Below are positions 53,311 through 64,000 of a DNA stretch of 64,000 nt, piece after piece. The position numbers and the translations under genes were made by a program. A model generated the notes under the pieces. The model did not search any database, was not told the origin of the DNA, and saw nothing but the letters and a program-made list of their open reading frames with translations. How positions within the stretch are numbered: the first letter of the stretch is position 1; each line of letters opens with the position of its first letter. Origin of the DNA: Eledone cirrhosa (lineage: Eukaryota); the NCBI GenBank assembly GCA_964016885.1, contig OZ024741.1, positions 384,400,001 to 384,464,000 on the forward strand, written 5' to 3'.

Positions 53311-54509
53311 TTATTAAAATAACAGATTAAAGTTTAAGCAAAGAATCTCTGCTTTCAGCCTTAACGGGATCTTCTGAAACTAACAAAGTCAATCTGTGAA
53401 CGCAGAAGTAAATATTTCAAAAACCGTTGCAGCCAGAGGAAGACAGGAAGACGATACTTTGGTTTGTGGAAACGTTCCCTGGCAAAGAACGGGGAAAAAC
53501 GAATATAATACGTCATTATTTGGAGCGGTGAAAAACAATTACACGCAAAGACAAAACCACGTTTATGGTATAAAAGAAGTCGTAGACTAATATTCTATTA
53601 GGTGGTTCATAGAGACGTTCTCTGGCAATGAACGGAAAAAACGAAGAAAATACGTCATATGTGGAGCGGGGAGAACAATTGCACGCAAAGACAAAACCAC
53701 GTAAATGGTATAACTGAAGTCGTAGACAAGAATTCTATCTAGGAAACCGAATGATTCTCGGCTTCAGAGTTAAGAATAAAGTAAATAAAATACAGAGGTA
53801 ATTGAAGTTAAATAAATACATACACGCATCCATAAACGTACATACACAAGCATACGCGAAAACACTCGCCATAGGTATACAAATACACGCACGTATACAA
53901 AAAAAAAACCCGCACGCACTTACAGAACCCACACAACGCCTGTACCCGCACGGATACGAATGTATACACCAAGTACACATAAAAATATATATTAAAAATA
54001 TATATATATATGTGTGTGTGTGCGTGTATACATATAATTAAATAAACGTATATAAATAAATAAATACGTATATAACAAGCGCACACACTTACCTACATGT
54101 AAATACACATATGTTCGGAGACGTACGTCAACCAAAACACAAAGTACACATATACACACACCCTACATACGTATGATCCCGCATACTCACACAAACGCAA
54201 AACTCACGTATACACATAACCAAAAGCATATGTACCAGAATATATAATATATACGCCATAACATATACAATCAAATATACGTACGAAAAAGTATACGTAC
54301 CTTCACAAAACATACAGGTATTCACTTCTGCGTTCACAGATTGACTTTGTTAGTTTCAGAAGATCCCATTAAGGGTGAAAGCAGCGGTTCTTTGCTTAAA
54401 CTTTAATCTGTTATTTTAATAAATATTTGCTCTACGGTTCTTATATATTTGATATATATTTATCCTTATCGAGCCCTCTTTGGATTTTAGTCTTCAAATT
54501 TATTATTAT

Positions 54510-54587
<78 letters not shown>

Positions 54588-55014
54588 ATTATTATTATTA
54601 TTCTTAACTCTGAAGCCGAGAATCATTCGGTTTCCTAAATAGAATTTTAGTCTTCGACTTCATTTATACCGTGAACGAGGTTTTGGCTTTGCGTGTATTT
54701 GTTCTCACCGCTCCACATAATGACGTATTATCTTCGTTTTTTTTTTCGTTTTTTGCCAGGGAACGTCTCTACGAACCAAAGAATCGTCTTCCTGTCTTCC
54801 TTCGGCTGCAACGTTTTTCGAAATGTTTACTTCTGCGTTCACAGATTGATTTTTTTAGTTTCAGAAGATCCCGTTAAGTGTGAAAGCAGCGATTCTTTGC
54901 TTGAACTTTAATCTGTTATTTTAATAAATATTTGCTCTACGGTTCTTATATATTTGATATATATTTATCCTTATCGAGCCCTCTTTGTATTTTAGTCTTC
55001 AAATTTATTATTAT

Positions 55015-55018
<4 letters not shown>
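53311..55018. mobile_element. Three Naiad 3' UTR/pLTR copies (one minus, two plus), each with the U4A hammerhead
   Basis: Homologous to 30107-30860; HHRs at 53331-53381 (-), 54352-54402 (+) and 54857-54907 (+); strand switch at about 54320. Confidence 0.85.
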
Positions 55019-55088
<70 letters not shown>

Positions 55089-56052
55089 CAAACACATTTA
55101 GGGGGTGTTCTTCTTTATTAATTGCTCAGATGAATTCATTGATCGGCATTCTGGAACTCATCATATTATAATTTAGTATGCAGAACACAACTTGATATCA
55201 CTTAATATCATCGATATCAAGAACTGCCTTTCTGCTTCCTATCGCTAATGCTGACACATTTCACTTGAAATATATTCCTCTTGTTCTAATATTTATACAA
55301 TCTAAATATAAAAACAAAACTAACAAAATGAACTCACAGATACTTGAACTTATAAAATGGTCTTCTCAAGAGATATTTGCATGTAAAGAGAGGCCAGAAA
55401 TAATGTCAGTAGTGTGGTTGGACGAATTCATAGCATCATTTAAGATTAAGAGTTTGACATGGAGCTTTGGTATCATTTCCAAATACAGTTTTTGATTTAA
55501 ATTTCACACTAAAGGTCAAGCAGAATTTAAATTGTGTGAAATATCAAACCATTTGCGACACAATTATTCAAACATAAGTGAAAACGTAGCTGACAAATCA
55601 GTATGAAGCCTATACAAAAGTATTGAAGATAATACTTATAAAACACTCCTTTCTTCTTTAAATATGTAAGGACAGAATTAATTTTGCGTTGGGGGGATAA
55701 GATAATAACGTGTCTGAATAACTGAAAATTTAGCAAACAATTACATTTCATTAATAATCATAAGAAGAAGTGCAAAGAAATTGTAGTAGCAGTTTATAAT
55801 TTGTAAACAATTTGAAATGGCTGAGAGCACTGTGCACAGAGTTACGTGTACCTTTTCCTTTGCCATGTTTGTCAAAACTGTTTTTATATTTGTGATTTTT
55901 TCATGAAATATATATATACTTGTACTGTCAATACAAGCGTGCGTAACACAATCACATAAACACATGCTCATATATATGTATGTATATCTTTGGATTTTAG
56001 TCTTCAAATTTATTATTATTACTATATATATATATATATATATCACCATTCC

Positions 56053-56106
<54 letters not shown>

Positions 56107-56382
56107 GTGCCATTGTCCTGTGTTCCCCCTTCTATCGGTATGTTTACTTCACTATGTTTACTTCCTTTTTTCCTTTTTTTTTCTTCTTCCCTTTTTCTTT
56201 TTTCCCCTCTCTCTTCACTATCACTTCTTTCCTTCGTGGACTTTTGATGGATAAAAGCCCATGGGCGCGCTACGGATCGATGTTCTGTTTTAAGCACCGA
56301 AACATCTAAGATCCGTAGTAAACAGCTGACGAATGGAACTTTTCTACCTTCTAGCACTTCGTTTTTTACCTGTATATATATA

Positions 56383-57437
56383 TTTCGTTTCTAAATTTGT
56401 TTAGCAAGATTCTTTATCGGAAAACGTGTGTTGAAACCGATATTGTTATACTTTGGAAGCGTCATGTTGCCAATAAGAAACACACGCACCAGATGCTTTC
56501 ACTCCAATCAATTTTAAATTAAATTTATAAATTTAAGAATTTATAAATTTCCGGTTGCTTGGTTGGTTGGTTGGTTCCACAACCGGACGGTTGTTCATAT
56601 ATGGTCAAAGTTCTTTCGTCACACATTCTGTGACCTCTTCAGTGATTGGGGATTCTTTTCTTTGTTTTGTGCTTCTCCTTTGTTCTGTCCTACGCCATCT
56701 TGTTTTTGTGTGTGTTGTGTGCTTAGTTTACGCATGTGTCACATCCGGGTGTCTGTGTATGTTTTTATTTGTTTATTATTTGTTTATTTACATGTTACTG
56801 GTTGGTTGTTTGTTCTATGTGTGTGTGTGTGTTTTCATTTTGTACTTAATTGTAAGTTGTGATGTTGCTATTCCATTCATGTTTTCTATTTAATTTTGGT
56901 TGGAGTTCATTTATGTTTATTGCCTCTGTGATTAGTCTAAACATTGCGTCTTTTCTGTGTGTAGATTCTATTTTTATTTCTATGTTATCTAATTTGCCCT
57001 TGTGTTCTATTTTAGCATGTTGGTGGAGTATTGATGATTCTTTTTTATCTTGAAGTTCTCGCCAGTGTTCATTTAACCCTTCTCCTATACTACGACCTAT
57101 GTACACTATATTCTTATCTTTACATTGTCCTTCAGTACATCTTATGCTATATACTACATTTCTAGTTTTACAGTTAATATGGGGGCTTAGTTTACAGATT
57201 AAGCATTTCTTATCTATACAGAGAGGTCTTTGAAAAGGGTATGTATTACTAATAAGTGTTTTTATGGAGGTACCATGTCTTTCTACTATCTTAATATTAA
57301 ATTTAAGTTTATCTAGGGCCCTTCTAAATTTGTAAGCTAATTCACCTCTAGGGGTTGTATTGATGAACATTACACTTTGGTATTTATTGCTATCATACCA
57401 TGAATTTATTCTATTAACCTTATTGCTAGTTCTTTCT
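56383..57437 (-). mobile_element. 5'-truncated PLE copy (endonuclease + pLTR with HHR at 56604-56646)
   Basis: Same family as 44191-51921; ORF 56846-57520 with GIY-YIG; HHR AUCA-CUGAAGA-G-GUCACA-GAAUG-UGUGAC-GAAA-GAAC-UU-UGAC. Confidence 0.9.
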
Positions 57438-57760
57438 AAACAAACATCCCGGTGCTGACGATAGCTAATAAGCTTGAAACTAGTGCATCGTTCCTTTGTC
57501 AGTGTTGAACAAAAGGGCAACGATGGCTGCTAAACACTGTACGGCTTAATTCGGGATGTTTGTTTACAAACAAACCGAGCATTATAATAAATGCTCGGTA
57601 AATCCATACGTACATATAGATATATATATGTGCATGTATGTATATATATACATACTACTGTACGTCTGTATACATATATGTATTTACGTATACATACTTA
57701 TATTTAAGTAAGTAACAGCCGTACTAAGAGTGAGAAATGAAATTTCGTTTCATTTTTTCC

Positions 57761-57766
<6 letters not shown>
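57438..57766 (+). mobile_element. Partial retrozyme-like unit A with HHR at 57450-57490
   Basis: Reverse complement of about 34905-35193; CGGUG-CUGACGA-U-AGCU-AAUA-AGCU-U-GAAA-CUAG-UG-CAUCG (position 17 mutated to G). Confidence 0.85.
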
Positions 57767-57802
<36 letters not shown>

Positions 57803-57860
57803 TCACTTATATATTATGAAATACTGTTGGCTTCTTGCTCACAATAATTTCTATATTTTC

Positions 57861-57897
<37 letters not shown>

Positions 57898-57900
<3 letters not shown>

Positions 57901-59810
57901 GTGGAACACTGGAATGTAATATCTGTAGTGGTAGAGCACTCAGTCCAAGGGACGAGTTAGGTAGAAGTGGTTACACAACAGTTAGTTCACCATACCGAGA
58001 ACAATGTTTCACCTTCGCGGATCTTCAGCTCGGGATATGTGTATGGTTATAGGAACAGGAATGACAACCGTACGAACACGCATGGGCAGAAACTCGGTCA
58101 CTTAACGCAGGCAATACTAGACTGCGTGCGGGAGGTGTAAGGGAGATAACTGCGAAAGTCCGGAAATAAAATTTAAAAAAATTAAAAATAAAATTACTAA
58201 GAATCAGTCCGGAGCCTTGTAGTTATGCAATAGATGTTTGGTGACGTGTGGACAACGTGTGAAAAATTCACTTCTTGTGTTTAGGCAATCACTATTGCGC
58301 AATCTCTTTAGGATAGTTATTCGTTCGTCAATACATAAGCCACACGTCGGATTTCCCCTTGCGTATGGCTTGGACTTAGTGATGGCTTTCCATTGAATGG
58401 AGTAGCCTATACTTGAGTCCTTGAGGGACCATACGTGGCTCGCGAGTTTCGTGGATGAATGTCTGTCCGCGTATCTGAAGGTGGACTGGTGGTTCAGGAA
58501 ACGCTCCTTGAATCGGCCCTCCGCCATGTCCACATAGGATTTGACCTCCTGTGGTTTGTTTGGAAGGTTGGAAGTGACCACAGCCTCATAGATTACAACT
58601 GGTGTGTTGCATTGCTGTTGAAGGGGGCAAGCTTCAGGCTTACGGCAAGAGCACCCTGGTGGGGTGTTGCTCCTAGGACTGCTGGTGATGTGGGCCTTCA
58701 TGTTCTTAGCGCAGGAGTATCCTAGTTTAACTTTGTGTCGGTTAAAGATGGAGCGGTATTTATGACCTATGGGGAAGTGTCTATATAAGAGGGCTAGAAA
58801 TTTCTTTCCTACATTGGTTTTAACGTTGAGTGAGAAGGGAGGAGATAACCAGATAGTTTGTCTATTGATGCGCTTACTTTTCTTAATGGTGTTGTTGCTA
58901 GTGGGAGAGTAGGTGATAGGTTGTGAGAAGCCTCTGTTAGCCAACGCCGTGTTATAGTAGGGTGCTGCCCTGTCAAAGATAGCCTTATTAGGGGAGAGGT
59001 TTGAGATTCTAGTACTGATATTCTTAACGAGGTTTCTAAAAACAGTGGGAGGGTGGCATGAGTCCTTGTGAATGTAATTAAGTTTCTCGTTTAGCTTATG
59101 GGGGGTCTGTGGGTGTGGGTGTGTGTGCGAAGGTCTAAATTAATGTCTAAGAAATCTACGCTAGAGAGGTTGGTTATCCTAAGGCCTAACTCATTGAAGG
59201 TAGAAGCTAAGTCTTTTTTAAAACGGTCGAGTTCGTGACCACTTTTATGGCTCGATAAGCTCAGGCCATCGTCACGGTATATTCCCGTGTGGAAGTCCGG
59301 GAATCTAACACGTAATATGTCTGAGATAAAAAGGCCAGCCAAGTCACATACGTCAGCACTGTCAAACGATCCCATGGAGACGTCGAACAGGTCTGAAGAT
59401 GGAGACTTCTTTGCCCAGGCTACTCCGTCGTTGAAGAGGAGGGTTTTCCGGCAGTGAGCGATGATTTCCCTGTCTAAACCATCGACGGTGGTATAAGTGG
59501 TAGCGAAGTCCAACGCTTTGTTTAACAGGGTCTCTGAGATCGACGGGTAAAATTCGACAATGTCAAACTGTGTGAACTTCACTTTTTTTGGATTTTAAGG
59601 AGTTAAACCACTTAATTACGGAGTCGCTGTTCTCCCACTGAGGCAGGTTGGACTTGGTCCTAATGGTCTTAACTATGTTTATAAGTATGGCCTTACTGAC
59701 TAGTCCCATATCTGTGCGTGCCGGGTTTATTAGTCTACATGTGGGGTTAGAAGTAAAGTCTACCTTGTGATCTTTCAGGGTGAGGAACGCCTCCCGCTTA
59801 GCTAGAGATT
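57898..59810 (-). mobile_element. Naiad-type PLE, 5'-truncated (RT + GIY-YIG + pLTR)
   Basis: [72 protein letters not shown]; frameshifted; (TA)n at both ends. Confidence 0.92.
57995..58033 (-). ncRNA. Minimal type I hammerhead ribozyme in Naiad pLTR
   Basis: CCGAG-CUGAAGA-U-CC-GCGAA-GG-U-GAAA-CAUUG-UU-CUCGG. Confidence 0.88.
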
Positions 59811-59847
59811 GTGTATATATATATATATACATACATATATATATATT

Positions 59848-60825
<978 letters not shown>

Positions 60826-60999
60826 TACATACATATATATACATATATGTGGGGGGGGGCTATATACCTATAAATAGATAGACAGGCAGAAAGACAGGCA
60901 GACAGGTAGATAGATAATTAACTAAACAGTTACTGCGGTAGTTCCAATGATATAGGTAGGTATATAGATTGACATATAGATATAAATGATATATATACG

Positions 61000-61108
<109 letters not shown>

Positions 61109-61164
61109 AGAGAGAGGGGGAGAGATACACACATACGCATACGTTTACTTTCATTATCCTTCCC

Positions 61165-61490
61165 ATTCTGAGTTCAAATCCCACCGAGGTTAACTTTTCC
61201 TTTCATCCTTACGGGGTCGATAAAATAAAGTACCAGTAATGTACTGGGTAATTGCTGGCCTTGTGCCAATAGTAGAAACAATTATATATATATAATAAAG
61301 GGCGGTGGATTGGCAGTATCGGTAGAGGGTCGGACGCCATGCTTTGACGCATAGAGTTACGGCCCTTGCCATTCTGAGTTCTAATCCCGCCGAGGTTAAC
61401 TTTGCCTTTCATCCTTCGGGGTCGATAAAATAAAGTACCAGTAATACACTGGGATAATTGCTGGCCTTGTGCCAAAAGTAGAAACAATTA
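61165..61490 (+). mobile_element. Two SINE copies (partial 61165-61283, full 61301-61490)
   Basis: Family sequence with A and B boxes. Confidence 0.9.
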
Positions 61491-62199
61491 TATATATATA
61501 TATGTGTGTGTGTGCGAGAGAGAGGGTGGGAGGGAGGGAGAGAGAGAGGGGGGAGAGAGAGTATCAATAGACAGATAGATTAGTTATTAATGGGTTTACT
61601 AATATTCTTGCACGTTAATGTAAACGATGTTATTTTAAAACTGTTATTCATATATCTGTAAGTTTATCTCTTTCTTTTATTATTGAAAAATGCTACTTGA
61701 ATTAACTGTTATATGTTATAAAGTCATTTTATGGTTTAATATAATAAAGAAAAGAACTAAATTATCTGTCATAAGATATTAAGCATTAGGCATTGAATGC
61801 ATTTAGAATAATTTTCTGAAATTATATTCAATGATACTTCTTGGCAGAACTATACACTGATCATTCCTTCTATAAGCAGTGACTCTAATTTGATCAGCTT
61901 TATTAGCAATTGTTAGCAGTCATGTGAGTTATTGAGTTTCAAGATATGCTATCTAAATAAAAACAAACATATATCTGCTTTATATATGGTGACAACAAAC
62001 AACAAAAAAGGAACAAGAAACTAATTTGCTCTTTTCTCTCTTTCTCTCTCTCCTATACACACACACACACCCACATATCAACATATACACACACACACAC
62101 ATGTATACACACACACATATATTTATATATACTCCCTCGTCACCTCCGCCTTCTTCAAGCCCACCGACTCCCACTCTTACCTCGACTTCACCTCTTCCC

Positions 62200-62985
62200 A
62201 CCCCTCACACACTAAACACTCTATTCCCTATTCCCAACTCCTCAGGATCCGCCGCCTCTGTAGCCGAGATGCCGACTTTGAGTCCCAGGCCCTTTCCCTA
62301 GTCAGCCATTTCATCCGCAGAGGTTACCCCCCCCCCCCCCCCCCCTCTCGTCCACACCGCTCTCACCCGCGCCCGTGCTGTCCACCGCTCCACCACCCTC
62401 ACCCCACGCCACCGCACACCCACCCACCGTCTCCCCTTCCCCATCACGTACCACCCCTCCACCGCACCATCCTCCGCCTCTTCCGACGCCTCCAGCCCGA
62501 CCCCTCCACCTCTCATATCTTCCCAGCCCCACCACTCCTCTCCTTCAAACGTGCACGCAATCTCCGCACCCTCCTCGTCCACAGCTCCCTACCCCCAACC
62601 CACGCTCTCTTCCCCCCCCCCCGGTTCCTTTCCAGCTGCAACACCTGTCCCCACATCACCAACACCACCACCTTCCAGGGTCCCAACGGCCACTCTCTCT
62701 CTGTCAAGTATGCCTTCCGCTGCACCTCCTCCAGCCTAGTCTACGGAATTCGCCTGGCGGACAGATTTACTGAGCACCTCCGGGATATTCGTCTCGGTGG
62801 TAGTTCCCCCATCGCCCGCCACTTTGGTGCCCCTGGACATTCCGCACGCTATCTCACAGTCTGTGGCCTACTCCAATGCCACGGAACACCCGCCAATCTC
62901 CTAAGAGTTGAACAACGAACCATCTTCATCTTACAGACCCACACTCCCCCCCCCCGGCCTGAACTCCCCACCCTTATTCCTTTAG
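62200..62985 (+). pseudogene. Degenerate PLE 3' fragment (GIY-YIG, Neptune-like)
   Basis: PGSFP..TCPHIT, SSLVYGIR, LADRFTEHLRDIR..PIARHF...GH, RVEQRTIFILQT..GLN; followed by a C/A-rich low-complexity tract. Confidence 0.65.
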
Positions 62986-64000
62986 CCTTCGACCGCCCCC
63001 CTTCCCCCACACATATCCCCCACTAACACCACTAACACACCCCTCCTTTTCACCGCCCACCCCACAACTAACAATACTAACACCTCCACTCCACCCCACA
63101 TCCGACCACCCTTCCCCACCTAACATACTAACATCCCTCCCTTCTTCTCCTCCCCCTCCTTATCACACGCACACACCCACCGGCACATATATACACGCGT
63201 TCACACTAAACACACACCCTACTACCACCACTAACCCTCACCCCCACACATCCACCCCACCACCCCACAACTAACATCACTAACACCCCCTAACCCCAAG
63301 CACATGAACACACACACCCACTTACACCACCCACCCTACACGCAACTAACATCACTAACACCCCCCAACCTTACGCACACGTACACACACATCCTCTTAC
63401 ACCACTCACTCTACACACCCTACCACCACTGACCCCCACTCACACCCGCATTCAACCCTTTCTCCACCTCCTGTATACTAACACCCACTAACACCCCCTT
63501 CACCAAACACACACACCAGTACACCACACTCCCTCCATCGACCCCCACACCCTTCTCTCCCCGCTCCACCCACACCCTTTCTCAAACTCTCACTCATCCC
63601 ACTAACATCTCTACTAATACACACACACCCCTCCTCACTCCAACTTTCACACCTACCCATCCTCTCCCCTTTACCATTCTACCCTACTGCTGCTATGCCC
63701 TCTGACCACCTCCCGCACACACAGACACACAAGACCCCTCCTGCCTTGACCACTTCCTGTTGCGTGCGCACCCCACATCTCCCCTCTTCCGACCAATCTC
63801 TTCATGGATTACACGTATGTGAACCTTGATCCCAGAATCCACCACATCAAAGGATTTTACTAAGCATTCCACCACATCTTCTTACGGAATCACCTTTATG
63901 ACTCACACACACACACACCCAAAAATAATTTTTTTCCCACACGCCACCTACACCCACAACACGCTTAAACACCACATACACACGTGCGTACCACCACATA

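Noticed and set aside
56270-56318. Hairpin with GAAACATCTA resembling an HHR 3' half
   Set aside because: 5' core missing; single copy in the window.
58204-59832. Possible selenocysteine-encoding Naiad (UGA at conserved Cys, reported for some Naiads)
   Set aside because: The Cys positions I checked ([12 protein letters not shown], CxC-CPL-C) use TGT/TGC here and in the other copies; no SECIS recognised.
62000-64000. Pro/Thr/His-rich ORFs
   Set aside because: C/A-rich low-complexity DNA around a PLE relic; composition artefact.

Overview
AT-rich eukaryotic intergenic/intronic DNA. An octopod cephalopod is inferred from the recurrent tRNA-derived SINE and the very dense (TA)n/(CA)n/(ATGT)n microsatellites. 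I recognise no host protein-coding gene, and most listed ORFs are microsatellite artefacts. The window is a nested transposon graveyard dominated by Penelope-like elements (PLEs): five Naiad-type copies, a near-full-length RT + GIY-YIG PLE split by a hAT, and other PLE relics. It also holds CR1-like and RTE LINEs, a non-autonomous LTR element, two mariners, two Helitron-like elements and about 10 SINEs. The main signal is about 25 type I hammerhead ribozyme (HHR) motifs from roughly 11 sequence families, found by manual folding. Some lie in PLE pseudo-LTRs. Others lie in non-coding 314-660 nt repeat units that look like non-LTR retrozymes (circular-RNA-derived). Two non-canonical cores recur: a compensatory U3-A8 core (UUGANAA) in two unrelated families, and a U4A core (CAGAAGA) in all four copies of one Naiad family. 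Most families also have a U-U mismatch at the base of stem II. Most of these insertions abut (TA)n tracts and many have fold-back 5' ends. All structures are hand-derived; ribozyme activity is untested.
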